In this document: positions 21,625-36,600 of the stretch, piece by piece
How positions within the stretch are numbered: the stretch's first letter is position 1
Layout of the letters: the number at the start of each line of letters is the position of its first letter
Assembly: GCF_964355755.1 (NCBI RefSeq)
Contig: NC_092678.1
Span: forward strand, 2,744,422 to 2,808,421
DNA: 64,000 bases
Source of the DNA: Antedon mediterranea
Lineage: Eukaryota; Animalia; Echinodermata
Direction: 5' to 3'
Notes under the pieces: model-generated
Database searches by the model: none
What the model saw: only the letters and a program-made list of their open reading frames with translations
What the model was told of the DNA's origin: nothing
Made by a program: the position numbers and the translations under genes

Positions 21625-24435
21625 ACAACACAGGGATTAACTTTATTGAGGTTAGGGCTAATTACAAAGACAATGGCAATCAGATGGAGCAGCTGGATCG
21701 CGGATGATTATGTTGGAAATAGTAGATATAGTTGAAATTCTCTGTACTATAGTACAGCGATTTCCAAAAAAATGGACAAAAGGGCTGTTATATGTGTCAG
21801 TCAAATGAAACTATATTTTGGTGCAGCTGGTGAAAATATATGGTCATGAAAATGTAGCTTTCCACACAAAGAATACTTCATTAAAATCAAGTTTCCAATT
21901 CTGTTTCACCTGAAAGATAACAAAATATAATAAATATTTAATTTTTAGGATTTGTTTTTCTGCTCCTTTTGTTTTGTACACACCTTATTTGAGTTCAGTG
22001 CCAGTAATAGAGTATTTGATATAAATGCTTGAGTGCATCACCAGATGTGTTATGCAAATTTTATGTAAATTAGAACTTTGCATGCTTGAGCAATGTAAGT
22101 TCATTTGGCATGTGTAGCTTGTTGTGCAAGGACACAGCATGGAAGGCTAGTACAATGGTTTATAGGAGCTGACTTAAGCCTGTACTGAAAGGCTTACTAA
22201 GCCTGGAGCTGACACAAGCCTGTACTGAGAGGCAATTACTAAAGTCTAGAACTGACACAAGCCTGCTCAGACTGAGAGAGTTATTAAGCCTGGAGCTGAC
22301 TCAAGCCTAGGCTTTACCTAGAAGCTTGTCTGCGGTTGACTGTAGCAATGAGGGACAGTCAGAAGGAGGTGAGTTAAAATAGAAATGTAATATAAGAGTT
22401 TACCATATAACAATTTTGTGTCTGTATATTTATGATTGCTTTTTATTAATATTGAATTAAAATGATATGTCATTAAATTTCTTTCTTTATAGAGATATAG
22501 AGATTTTTAAATAAATTTTGGTTATAATAAAGAGGGTGGGTGCTTTGTTTATTTAAAGTTAGGCTGGGCGGAATCTACACCCCAGTAGGATTACATAAAT
22601 CAAGCACATGCTATGCTAACATGTTATTTGAAAATTTTATGCAATTTCTTAGTTAAAAATAATGATTGATTCCGAAAGACTGCTCATCACACAAGGGTAA
22701 TTTGCGTCAACTACACCGGACGCTATAGAATCCGTTGTGTTTTTACTTTTTTTAAACTTTAGTTAGGCTGGGTTCAAAATTTGGTGTCCAACTGCAAGTC
22801 ATTTTGTATTTTAAACTAAAAACCATCGAACCTTACATTACCTTTCGTGTTTAGCTACAACAGCTGATCTGTGTTATCATCTAATCTTTATCTGGTTAGA
22901 AGAGTTCCTGAAAAATATTTTGAAAAAAATTATTTTAAAAGTGATCAAAAATATTCAGTAATTCATAACAAATAAACATGTTAAAAAAAAAAGGAATGCA
23001 CTATATTGAAATTAACTGAACAGACTCATAGATGCTTTATTGAGTTATTCAAAATTAGAGGGAGCTGTATACATTAGGACCAATTTGGACGTTGCGCACT
23101 TAAAGTCATAATTAATTGATAATTAGTAGTTTTTTAATTAATGTAGAATAACATTTTTATTTGATATGCCATTTAAGTGTAGCCATGCATAACAAATTGT
23201 AGGCAATGTTTTATAATATTCAACATACCATCATTTTTTTTTCTTTATAAACTGTGATTCAAAAACATACTTCTAGGTAAAAAAGTGATGTTGAGTGTCG
23301 ATGTAGTTCCTGCAAGATTTAAGAAAAATAGTATATTAAGTGATGATATATCTGGTACAATTATTTGCATATTCAAGGTTTCAGTTCAGGATGGAGCTAT
23401 AATTATTATATTACCCACAGCATTGTCATTTTTTCAGTAATTTTCCTTTGGATTTATATATCTTTATCGTTTAAAATTAATTAATTAAATTTCAGTATAT
23501 CACCGGGCAGTTTAGAATTAATGTACTTTGCCTAATGTGTCGATATATATATTTATTTCTGGCTGTTTTACTTATCGTTTTGATTTAACTTTTCGCTTTT
23601 TTTTTTGTATCTCCATTGAGATCCAGCCACTGATACCCACAGCATTGTCATTTTTTCAGTAATTTGCCTTTGGATTAATATATATTTAGCCTTATTATTT
23701 ATTTTTTATTCAGTAGATTTCGTATTGAATACATAATTATTTATGCCCACTACACCAGTACTTATACTATTTTAATCATAAAGCAAACAATTTTATAAAA
23801 TAATACACTTAACTTAAAACTTACTCATAAAATGTCAAAATTATGACTTCTCAGATGTGTCTTCTTAGTACTTTGTCATACCTGAAAATAAAAGATGATA
23901 GTTAAAATCTAGAATGCAAAATTTAAAAATGAATATGGTATGATTAAATTGGCACTTTCGGCCTTTCCCCATTCATATTAAATAAAATTTATTATTTTAA
24001 AAAATAAAATAATTTTTATACAAACTATACTCAGTACCCTCATTTGAAAATAATATTCTATGAATTGTGACAGGTGTGAAGATATTCAAATGTGTAGGGA
24101 TACCCATTGTGTAGGCCTATTAATAATGGAACCATTAACGCGAATGGTGTAGCCAAGCAACAGGGCCTAAGTACGTACTTCGCACTGCACTGGCTGGTGG
24201 TGGTGTGCATCCATCGAACGTGGAAGAGGCCCTAGCGAAGCACCACTTTTATATTAATTAAACTGACGTCTACTGATGTTATAATAATCTTGCATGACTT
24301 TTAAAGATGTACATATTTATATTATATATTTTTTGCCTTCTGTCAAATCAGTAGGCTTATTATACTTACTTTTATTATCGTTTTTTGATGGTGGAAAAGT
24401 CAAGCAGCAGAGGGTCCGCAGCAGAGAAAAAAAGA
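21625..24435 (-). ncRNA. Putative spliced non-coding transcript 'C' with an oligopyrimidine start (exons about 24435-24370, 23881-23826, 21909 to about 21625)
   Basis: Minus-strand CTTTTTTTCTCT start, AAAA|GTAAGT donor, TTTTCAG and CTTTCAG acceptors, TGA|GTAAGT donor and AATAAA at about 21647. No ORF. Confidence 0.45.
22167..22310. repeat. Degenerate tandem repeat of about 40 bp (GGAGCTGACACAAGCCTGTACTGA...), about 3.5 copies
   Basis: Directly visible. Confidence 0.75.
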
Positions 24436-25149
24436 AATCAGCGCAGACAATTGAAAATCCCGTGATCTGATTGGTCAATAGTCAGCTAGGGACTTCTGAC
24501 TCACTCTCTGAAACCCGTCCGATTTGTTTTCAGAGTTGCGCAATCGCAGTATGTATTAAAATATTATTTTTGTTTTTGTTTAAAAGAAAGGTTATTTTGG
24601 TTATAAATAAGTTATCATACTCTTTTTATCTAAAATAAAACGCATAAAATCTTCCAAAAGTTAATTTTTGTCGGAACTTGGTTGACAAAATATTCACGTT
24701 GGTGGCGCTCGTTTTTGTTTATATTGTGACTATTGACGCGTGAACTAGTTTGGTCTTTAAAAAAACACATTTTCCCACATCAATTACTGTATTAGCATAA
24801 GAAATCTGTTTGTTTAGTATGTAGTAACTGATGCCTGTTTGGATATATAGTATGTACAGATAGTGAGAAACAAATTAGATTACAATTTTAACATTTGTAT
24901 ACAGTAGTTTTTATTATAGAGGGCAGGCTAGCTAGCTAGGCCTACTACTTTAGTCTACTGTCTAGTCTCTAGAGAGTATGTAGAGGTCCTACCTGTCCTG
25001 TAACCTAGCTAGCTAGCCTTAACAGAGTCTATCCAGCATACTACTAGCTAGCCTGTAAAAGCACACATTTACACAGTCGACCATGCAGCTAGAAAACTTG
25101 TCTTTTTAGATGTATGCTGATATAATGATAAAATAATATAATTAATCAT

Positions 25150-25500
25150 ATGCATATTTCCAATAATTTTAACTTGTCAAATGCGAGGTACTCAATAGAT
25201 AAATACAAATATTCTTTTTTTCCGCGTATTGTAAGAGCATGGAATGTACTTCCAGAATGCATTAAACAAGCATCATCATTACAAATCTTTAAATCAACAC
25301 TTTGGACAAACATAGATGATTGCACAATCACTATTGCACCACCTAATAGCATGTACTGTCATGGGCTTCAATTTAATGCAGCAATCGATTTATGTGTATT
25401 AATGTATGGACGTTGATTTGTTTGTTTTTTCATTATTGTTTGGTCAGTTTAGTGAAATTGTGAAATTTATAAATTTATAAATAAAAAAAAAAAAAAAAAA
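25150..25500 (+). mobile_element. 5'-truncated LINE 3' end with poly(A) tail
   Basis: YKYSFFPRIVRAWNVLP...SLQIFKS is typical of CR1/L2-group ORF2 C-termini. AATAAA and an A-tract lie at about 25479-25500. Confidence 0.8.
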
Positions 25501-25770
25501 ATTCAGTTAAGTATAATGTTTGCACACCGAGAAACGCACCCCCCTGGCGCATATACCCATGTGGTCCTTCGTCAGTATCCATCCAGATCCAGATTTGACC
25601 GTTCCATTGGCACAGATGGCCGGCCAATAGTCACCAGAGAAAATTTAAAATTCATAAGCCAAATTCATTTTAAATTCATAGTTGATTTAAATAATAATAT
25701 ATATTTATATATTTATATATATATCCAGGTTTCAATAGTGAACACTTAATAGATAGAAAAAAATGTGGGA

Positions 25771-28233
25771 ATGAAAGTTAATATTCCAAAATATATGCAG
25801 CTTTTCCGATGTTTATCAAATCTTCGAAAAATGAGCAAATCTTTGACTTATGATGCTGAACAGATCTTTGAGGTATCAGTCAATTCTGTCCTCCCGCACC
25901 AGATGGTCAAACGGTCACTACTTGTGGATGGCAACAGACTAGTAGTGGATGGATGTAGTTACAGTATCAACCACAATGTTCATATGGTTGGTTTTGGCAA
26001 GGCTGTTATTGGGATGGCAGCTGCTGTTGAAGAGATTCTTGAAGAACATCTGGTTCAGGGTGTTGTCAGTGTGCCGTTTGGTATCCAGGAATCTTTCAGG
26101 GCTTCTGGTCGGAGGTAAACTATTGTCTATATAAATTAATCCTTAATCTTAATAAATTATAAGTTATTACTTTGTACATTATTTTGGATAAACATTTTAA
26201 ATGAATTGATTTGAATTTAATACAATACTATGTTTATTTAAGTAACAGTTTATTGGGATATCATGATTTAAATTACTTTCTTTTATTTCTTTAGTGACCT
26301 ATTATTAAAATTGGAAAGTAAGGTCAAAGTAGTAGAGGGAGCTGCAGATAACCTTCCTGATGAACCTGCAATGAATGCTGCAAAGGAAATCGCGTCAGTG
26401 GCAGAAAATGTTGGAGAAGATGATATTCTGATTGTTTTGATATCAGGTATGTTGAATTATCCAATTCGATATTCTTTAATAGCATACTGTGAATTGTTTC
26501 TACAAAAAAAAAAACATATTTCAGAAAGAAAAGCATTTAGTGCATAAATCATAAAAAAAAATGTTTTAATCTTTTGGTAGCCAGTATATATCTTTGTTAC
26601 TTTTTGACAATTTTTCTTTCAATATGCATCTCACTAAAATGAATCTTTATTAGTGAATGTTAAGAATGAAGGGATTGTAAACTGATTGTTTCTGTTGCAA
26701 CACCCTGATCGCTTGCTTCAAATAAATAAGTGGGAAAAAGCTAAAGTCATTTGGCCAGTTTTCCTTAAAAAATCATCTTTACTATTAAACACAATTATTT
26801 TTGAAAATTTAAATTAAATAGGAGGTGGTTCTGCTTTGCTTCCGTTGCCTGTGGATCCTGTAACACTAAATGATAAGCTGCAAGCTACCAAAATTCTAGC
26901 AAGGAGCGGTGCTACAATACAAGAACTAAATACAGTCAGAAAGAAACTGTCAAAGTTGAAAGGTGGTGGCCTGGCCAGACTTGCAAAACCTGCCAAGGTA
27001 AAGAAATCAAGTTTGGTTTGGGGTACAACTTTATGCAATTTCTATAAATTGATAAACGATGAGCCAATATGTGGTGTGAAGGCAATTGACACAGTCTATT
27101 GACAATGCAGCAAATTCATCATTTCCTATCATCAATGCATTGTTTTCCAGTTGTTTCTTGGCAACATGGACAACTTTATTTTAGACACAGAGTCAACCAT
27201 GTCAATAAAAAACAGACATGGTTGACCATACTGACAGTCTATTCCATACTTTCTACCTCAACTAACCTAAATAAATGTTTTTAAATTTGTTTAGGTAATC
27301 TCCTTTATTTTATCTGATATCATTAACGACCAACTGGACATGATAGCTAGCGGACCAACTGTTGCAGATGCATCAAATACAAATGATGCACTTGCCATCA
27401 TCTCAAAGTTTGGTGAAGAGACTTCAATGCCATCATCAGTCATGGATACGTTAAAAGAGGCTGCTACAAAACATCAAACCAACAGAATAGAGACAAATTT
27501 CTCTCATGTTCAGAATGTTATTGTTGGCAGTAACAAGATAGCATTGCAAAGAGGTTGTGAGAAGGCTCAAGAGCTAGGCTATTATCCACTGATAATGTCT
27601 TCAGGAATTCATGGGGAAGCAAAAGATTTAGCAGATGCTTACTGTAATCTCTCCATGTTGATTGGACTCTTAATGCAGTATAGAAAATCGGTATTGTCAT
27701 ACAAAGGCATTGAGTTGAAACTGTTGGATAGCATAAACATATTGTCTAAATTTGGTGTCTCTAAATCTTTTGGTGGTCATCTTCTTGAATATATTCCATC
27801 TGCAGATAAACCTCTTTGTTTACTAGTGGGAGGAGAACCCACTGTGACATTAAAAGGAAACGGTAAAGGTGGTAGGAACCAGGAGTTAGCTCTTGCTGCA
27901 GCTGTTCATTGGCAAACAAAATCGGTGGAAGACTTAGCCTGCAGCAATACGTTGACAGCAGGGGATAGAGTGAAGACCGGCTGCCAAATGGTGTTGTTGA
28001 GTGCTGGAACTGATGGACAAGATGGGCCTACAGATGCTGCTGGGGCTATAGCTTATCCGTCCCTGTGTAATGAAGCTAGAAACCTACACCCTCAAGAATT
28101 TCTTGATAATAATGATTCATACTCTTTTTATTCTACATTTAACGATGGAATGTATTTGATAAAAACTGGATTAACTGGTACCAATGTTATGGATATACAT
28201 ATTATGCTTTTCAGTCCAAATACTTCACAATAA
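25771..28233 (+). CDS. GLYCTK: Glycerate kinase (MOFRL/DUF4147 class), exons 25771-26114, 26295-26446, 26822-26997, 27295-28233
   Basis: Motifs GFGKA, LISGGGSAL, KGGGLA, GGEPTV...[20 protein letters not shown] and TGTNVMD. The GT-AG junctions keep frame. The start ATG is uncertain. Confidence 0.95.
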
Positions 28234-28560
28234 AGTTAAATTTGAATCGTTTAGTCAATAGCCTTTATTTACACTTTAATGGATGGCGAATGACAACAAC
28301 ATAAAAGACTAAATACATTATACTTCATTAATGTAATTTATTGTACTTTTTGTAATTAATTACATTAAAAATAATAAACTTATTTCTACCCATGAATTGT
28401 CTTTTTTAAGGTGCGAATTTGTAGTCTAATTCTTCGAAGGAGAAAAATCTTGCAAAGAATTGATGTCATTTGTTCTGTATTTCTCTTCATACGTTCTGGT
28501 ACGGCCAACTGAGCTCAGTTCATTCTTCTGTATATTGCACTAAAATAAATCTCCGTAATT

Positions 28561-29084
28561 TCAATTTGTTTTTTTATCCGAGGAAGAACTAGATGGCACA
28601 TCTTCACACCTAAAATAAAGTTAGAATACTTGAGTAATTATTTTACAAAGCTTCTAAACAAATGTATAAATAATTAAAACGTATCTTTTAAGTACTCATT
28701 TACCTTGTACTTGAAAGATCTCGTTCTGGACTAGTTGGATTTGAAAAGACTTTAAAAGAAAAGTTAAAGGTTATTAAGGAAAGTATCGTTAATTCATTCA
28801 TTCTTTTGTAGTACTGTACTAGCAATATTTAACAATCTGGCCCACCACTTTAATGTTATACCTTGTTTGATATACATATTTGATATAACCGGTCCATACA
28901 GCCTCCAAGCAACATAGATAAGAAAAAGTAAAACTATGATGGAGTATACAAGTAGTCGACAAATCCTTATTTGTATGTCATCGGAATACCATAGTTGCAT
29001 GATCCATGTTGTCGTGGTAACTGTAGCAGATATATCTTCCTCATTTTCAAACTGTTTTTCAGTATCCATTGCTTTCAACAACAT
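28561..29084 (-). CDS. TCTA: TCTA-like single-pass membrane protein of about 104 aa, exons 29084-28862, 28749-28704, 28609-28561
   Basis: WYSDDIQIRICRLLVYSIIVLLFLIYVAWRLYGPVISNMY resembles vertebrate TCTA as I recall it (WEAQDMRVTLFKLLLLW...QLAWGFYGNTVTGLY). Size and 3-exon structure fit, and splicing is in frame. Confidence 0.8.
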
Positions 29085-30693
29085 TCTAGCTAGTGTAATG
29101 TAAAAACATTAACAGCAGTCAAAGTGCATTTATAGTTTTGCATTACATTAAGTGTGATGCTGTAAATTATTTTTCAATATAATAGGTTATTTAGCATGTA
29201 AAGTAAACGATATAGAAAGAAAACAAACGTCATTGTGATTTAGACATGTATGTAGGCCTATAATTATTAATACTCAAAATAGCCTTAAATTTGTTTTTGA
29301 AAATGCAAAATTTAATCACGAAATCCTATCATGGTCATACACACGATATAGATTGCCCATTCTCTGGAGTTCTTGGTGTTATGTTGAGTTATAATTTTCC
29401 TAGGCCTAAGAGTTATAGATTTACCTTATTCACATCGGCATGCCAGCACGGCAGCTACCCGTACTTACAAATTAACTTACAGATAGAGGATGCCTAGCCT
29501 AAATTTAGATTATACAGGCTTTGATAATAGTTTTATTTTTGTTTTAAGGTGTCCACAATTAAACAAAACAATTACAGCTTAAATATTTAGGACACAAGTT
29601 TACATTTATGATTATTACCTCATTAATTAGGTTGAATCGAAAAACAAATTAATTTAATTTATGGAGGCATCCATGTTTAGGCTCTCCTAGTCAATTTCTT
29701 TTTGCGAAAAATAAATGAAAATAATCTGGTTAAAAATGTTAGTGTACTATCATTTAAATTATCTATAATTGTCTAAATATTATTTATTTATATTTTGATT
29801 TAAAAAAACAAAATTGAGCTAAATTAAAATAATATTAACTCACAATATTTTTAAAAGTCAACTCGGGGTCGATAATTTGTTTACGGTTGCCAAAAAAGCC
29901 TAGATAGTAGCTAGCTATTACGGAACTTTTACTCGGGTTTATCTTTACTTGTGGTGTTTGCATCTAGTTTTCAACGATACATTTAAATCAAACATACTTC
30001 CTGTCGAACGTAAGTAGGCCTATATAATTAACTAATTGGTTAAATAAATTTAGAACCGCTTCTCTTACCAGCCAGACTGCAGGCAGGCCAGGCTAGCCTA
30101 GCCTAGCCACGTCATCTACTTTTCCGACCAGCCAGCAGGTTTAGACCGCGGCGGGGCCGGGAGTGCTGGGTAAAACCGAGTGCTGCAGCACTGACTGGGC
30201 ATGTATAGGCCTAAGCCCTAGGCCTAGATTCGGCTTATTTGTAAATAAATATATTTTAATTTAAATAAAATAGATTAATACTGTTTATATAGATTTTTAC
30301 AATAGCCTACTAGTAATTTAAAATTATTATTGATTAATAATATTAATAACATTTTTAAAAATGGCTATATTATAAATACATTGTAATCTAGGCGCGCCTA
30401 GGCATATTTATGATTCAGGCTGTTCTTAGGCTCTAATTCCTGCATGCAGTAGACCCTATATAACATTTATTTATATTTAAAATTTCAATTTTGTTTTAAA
30501 TTTTCTTTTTTATACTTTGTGAGAATAAACTAGGCCTAACCAAATGTTTTATTGACTATAAAATATGCATAATTTGTATTATCATGTATTATGTATACTT
30601 TCCACAACTGCTGTAACAAAATAATATTGTTTTACATCAGATAGCATGCAGTTGTGATGTTGTGTTTAGTAACTGCTCAAACGTAGCATTGCC

Positions 30694-33600
30694 ATGCATG
30701 CCAACACAAGAACACCACAATCCACAAGCGTGCGTCACCGTTCCACAAACAGGATGGTACCGAATAATTCAGTTGAGATTGCGAGTGAAGAAGAATCGTC
30801 ATTTATCAATGGAAACGTTATATCAGAGGTTGAATCTGAGGAGGAGATAGAGACAACATTGGTGAAGGCAACAGACAAACAGACCCTCTTGCCAATTGCA
30901 AGAGACCAAGTTAAAGTGAAAGATGAGACGTCTATGAGTGTGTCGTTACAAGTGTTCTTGCCGTTCTTAATTGCTGGATTTGGAACGGTTGGCGCTGGTA
31001 TGGTGTTGGACATTGTACAGGTTTGTAAAACATTATTTATTTGGATACAGTTACAGGTGTATAAATGACATCCCTGCAGCATTAATAGTAGTTATATGTT
31101 CTTTCATTAAAAACATTTGGAATGGAACGCTTAAGAAAAATTAGATAATTGGAGCAAATAATAGGATATACTGTACTTAGTTCAATTCACTTTTATTATC
31201 ACATTACTTTAAAATATATAAAACAAAAGTACAGTATACAGATAAAAAAGATAAAATCGCAACGTATACTTCATTTAAAAGTCTGATGGAATACGGTACA
31301 AATTAATTAAAATATATAACACAATAAATGATGATAATACATGAATGATAAATTATTAAAAATTATTACAATTGAAAAGAACAAGGATTATCTAAGGATT
31401 AATCTGATAGAGAACAGCTGTTATACTTGACTTATCTTCACACGCTAACACATTGTGTTTCCCAATTACAATTATCAGCTCAAGAGTTATGGCATTATTG
31501 GATATCAGTTGTTGAAATTAACACTTTGAATAAAAATGGATGTACAGTAATTTTAGCTTTTTATAACCTTTATACCAGCTTTGACTTTGTTTTTATTTCA
31601 TAGAGTTAAATTGTTTATAATTAATCACTAGAATTGTAATTAAATTAAGTTATGCATGACAACATAGTATGATATTAGATGTACATTTGGTTTCCACTTG
31701 AAATTTGTGAGATTTTCTATTACATTAGCTTCATTTTAATCTAGGGGACTGTTAACCTTTTTTGGAATATGTTAATAAGTTGGTAGAATTGATTTTAAAC
31801 TACTATTTATTTTTACTATCAAAGCACCTGAATTACTATGAACTATCAATGCTTGTACCAATAATAAATTGTGGTTACAACATGTATTGCTTTACATCCT
31901 CCAATAGTTTACATGTACATTATTATTATTAATGTTGTTTTTTTGCTTGTAGCATTGGGATGTTTTTGAGGTTGTTGGTGAGGTATTTATCCTTGTTCCT
32001 GCACTGCTAGGCCTAAAAGGAAATCTTGAGATGACCCTGGCTTCTAGGCTCTCAACTGCTGTAAGTATCATAATGAAATGATGTTCAAATTTAAAGCTCT
32101 GTCTACACTAGCAAACTTTATACATGATAATGTCATATCACTACCATATTTGGGCATATCACTACCATACTTGGGGTATATCACACTCTTGTCAAACTAG
32201 TTTGATAGTGTTGACAGGGCTTTAGGCATTTTTTATTTAACAAAAAGCATTTTTTTATTTGATAGAAAAGAGATATGAATTTTGATAGTTCTCCAGTACT
32301 ATTGAAATATATTTGTCTTTCAGGCAAATCTAGGAACAATTGACAGTCCAAAAGAGTTGTGGAAGATGATTGGTGGAAACATGGCATTGACACAGGTTAG
32401 TAGTAAAAATAATTTGATTGGTACTTGCGTGTTATAACGGGACATCATTGTTAACTCTTTTCTTACCATGGTATTTATACAATTTTGTACAAAACAATGT
32501 TTTTTGTTTGGATGATTCAGAATAGTAACTCATGGGGTACATATATGTTACTTAAATTATAAAATACCTACATACGTGTCATAAAAAAAATCTACTAATA
32601 TTAACTATTGTAAAATGGAGATATATCAAATGCACTGTGTATTTGGGCAATATGTCACTTTAACATCAATCTATTGTAGTCATGTTGCCCTTTTTCAGTG
32701 CCAAGCCATCGTTGTAGGATTCCTAGCCTCTTTAGCTGCCATCCTAATGGGCTGGATACCTGATGGAGAGCTGAATATTAGCCATACTCTGTTACTATGC
32801 GCCAGTAGTCTGGTTACAGCATCTTTAGCCAGTGGCATACTTGGTATGTTTTGTCATGGGTATTTGTTGTGGGTTTCATTTTTCCTTTTTTCCACTTTTA
32901 TTTGGTTACACACTTAGGGTTACTAACACCTCATAATAATAACAACAACAACCTCTTTCAGGAGTAAAAAGGATACATTTTGTAGTTTTGATGTATGGCC
33001 TAAAATAATATAAAGTGGTCCAGAATTGGGATGCTTGTCCAGATTGCCTCCAAGGAGTCGTCTGTGACCACATATGTATCTGTGGTTAGTTTTGACATTA
33101 TCCTGGTAACAAACACACACACAAATATCTATTTCAAACAAAAATGTAACCTCCTAGGCGGAGGAGGTAATTATAAAATAATTAAAAACTGTGTCATCAC
33201 CCTCTCGCAATGTCAGAGATCCGCCAATTCTATACTATTAACTATAATTTTGTTTAATTCTTCAGGGTCCATCATGGTTGCTGTTGTCATTTTGTCTAAG
33301 CGGTGTCATATAAATCCAGACAATGTAGCTACACCAATAGCAGCCAGTCTTGGTGACCTCACGACCCTCTCTCTACTAGCCTGGATTAGTAATATATTAT
33401 ATAAAGCTATAGGTAAATTATATTTCTTTAAATACTGTACCCAGCTTAGAAATGTAGCGCCTGTAATGATGTTTACAGACACCAGAAACCTGTAAATTAA
33501 TATTTGATTTAGTTTTATTTTACAATTTTAAATGCTACCAAAAAATAAATTAGTACTAGCTTTCAAGGACCACCAAGTAGATATTTCAATCTTTTAACAA

Positions 33601-36600
33601 CTAAAGCCAAAGTATAGTCGTTATCTCGGACCATTCTATAGTCACCACCAGGTAGGCTTACTTCATCAAGGCTATGAATAGATGACTAGTTGGGAGCAGG
33701 AATGCTAGTAGACCAAACCCAGTACTGTTTTGATTACGATCATTCGGGAAATTACCTTTCAACGATATTTATCACATTTTATTATTGATATATGTATTTT
33801 TTTCTTTGTAGGTAAACAGCATTGGTTAGCTCCAACAATCATAGTACTATTTTTAATTCTTGTTCCATTGTGGGCATATATTTCATATCATAATATATAT
33901 ACTAAAGAAGTACTGTCTTCTGGCTGGTCACCTGTCATTGCTGCCATGTTAATTAGCAGGTACGTACCACCATAAGTTGAGTTGATAGTATCGTTACACT
34001 GGTTCAATGCACTCAACGACCATTGTTCTGCTGGTAGAACAAATCTTCTTGAAGTCCATTGTACACATCTGGCTTAAAAGAACCCATTACATATTTTGCA
34101 AAGAGTAGGGTGATTCACCGGTCTACCGATCCATTTCTAAACCACAAGAGTAGTCCTATGTCCCAATGGGATGGAAATATTAATAGTAATATTCGTTCTT
34201 ATATAGCGCTTATTGCCTAAGGCCGATTTACCTCTCGGCAAATTAGTTCGCATAAATAAAAATGTAAGCGTGTACGCATGTATATTCATCGTTCCATCTT
34301 TCGAATCCCTCTCTGTGACGAATTATAGTTCCTTGAGTTTTTCCCTAAAGCGAAAATTAGTAGTTTTGCAAAGCGAAAAATTGCACAAACAATCAGAACT
34401 CATGAAATAAGCTATGACACGTAAATGAGCACTCATGCGAATTTAAAAGCTTAGCAGATTTGCGATGAACATGAAACTCGCAACTATTTGGTCTTTCGAT
34501 CTCACTATCGGTAATCAAATGTCCAACACACTGCGTCACACGCTGCTATAACAACCACCATACAAGGAAAATCATATTAAAAATTAATGCCCCATTTGAT
34601 TTAGCACCCCAAAAATTAATTTAATTCTAACTTTTATTTTTATTAAACTACAGTTGTGGAGGACTAGTGTTAGATATTGCAATTCGTAAAAATGCGGGTG
34701 TGGCAGTGTTCAGCCCGGTTATCAACGGTGTTGGCGGAAACCTTGTTGCTGTGCACGCAAGTCGTCTGTCAACATCCTTACACAAGCTGGGTCTTCCTGG
34801 TACCACGGAGGAAGGGCGACAAAAGTCTTGTATCAATCCATGCAGAGTATTTTGTAGCGACTGTAAGTAGAATATTGTTACATGCCTCTGAAACCATGTT
34901 TGATTACGTTGATACTAATTGTGTATCAACATGTTGTACCTCAATAGATCCTTGCAAGGAATTATATTTATTATTATATGTAAAGACAAAATTAGACACC
35001 TAAAAAAGAGCAATATTTTACACACAAAAATTGTAAATCGTAAAGGTTTCGTAAATCGTAAATATTTATTTTGAACATAGCTCATATTTCTAAGCCTCTG
35101 CATTATGTGGTAGGGTGGCCAGTTTCTTTCAACGCTACTAATATCCCCCCCCCCCCCCTGGTCAAATACCATAACCACTCGACTATCACGCAAACATTTA
35201 TATACATACAAATATAGTTTTTTAAATATTTATAGATATGTGTTGTTTCTAGTAATTAATGTTAAACTTTTGTAATCTAAATTCTCTAATTATTTTTCTG
35301 ATTTAAAAAAAAATATTTATAGCTCAACATTCAAAGACAGCGAGAGTACTACTAGTGATGGTAATACCAGGTCAACTTATCTTTTTATATTTGATAGCAT
35401 ATATCAAAGCTGGACATACCTCAATTACTGGAAGAGTGACTTTTATGTATGTGAGTGTGGCCTTAATTCAGGTGAGAATTTCTACTTTACTAGTGCTAGG
35501 TAATTAAAAGTGAGCCCTCTATGTAGTTTTTTCATATACAGTACTGGCATTTTTTTGTTTATCGCTAATCACTCTTATTCTAAAGTGTTGGTTAAATATG
35601 TCTTATAACAATATTGTATTGTATGGTAAATAAAACACTACTAAGGTATAATAAGGTTTGCAGAATACCATGTGGGTAGCAAATACAGTAAAGTTGAGAA
35701 TGTCTGGATGTGTAACGGCCAGGTAGGCTTACTTCATTAAGGCTTCTATGAATGGATGACGAGTTAGAAGCAGGAACGCTAGTAGGCCAAACCCAGTACC
35801 GTTTTTTATTACGATCATGCGGGAAATTACCTCACGAACAGTAATGCAAACGGCACAGTTTAAGGTTATTGATTGTCAAACAATAAGAACCAATCTAGAA
35901 ATTCTAAAACCGATATAAGGGAAAGTATTTATAAATAGTACAGTTAAGGGAATCTGCAAGAATGAGAACAATTTAACTAAACTTCTATTGTAGCTTTAAT
36001 CCACAAGTTAAGTTTTAGCATTAAAAAGAAAGTATATTTATTATACTAACTTAAATAACCATTGTAATTGTTCAATATACTTTGTTAGATAATGTTAAGA
36101 AGCCCTTATTAAAAATTTACAATAGAATTTACAAATTGGGTATTTTCCATCACATCGCTATGAATAATGGTTTTCATTATTAAATTGACAAGGATGTAGC
36201 TTTTCTTTAAGGATTTAATTTTTTTTTGTTCATATTAATGGGGAATTAAAATGTGTAAATATATGAATGATATAAATTTGATTTACATTATATATAGTCA
36301 TATTATTCTTAATTAGCCCACTTATGTTGGTTTATATTTATGTATTTGGTTGTGATGATTCAACTTTGGAACAGTGGCAAACTGGTACAAACCACAAATA
36401 ACTACTATACACTAAAACAGTTATATAAAATAAGAGATAGTACAGGCCAGGATAATTTAGCTTAACTAAACATTATTGTATGGAAGTTGTAGTCAATATT
36501 TATTTTGATTTTATGGGGTTTTCTCTAGCATTTTATATACTAACTATAGAATAGTCATATGGTCCACCGGCAAAAGGGAATGTTTTTTGCTTATCCGAGA

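Noticed and set aside
21648-21662. Telomerase RNA template (TAGCCCTAAC on the minus strand)
   Set aside because: It mismatches the expected TAACCCTAAC and I see no pseudoknot or H/ACA context.
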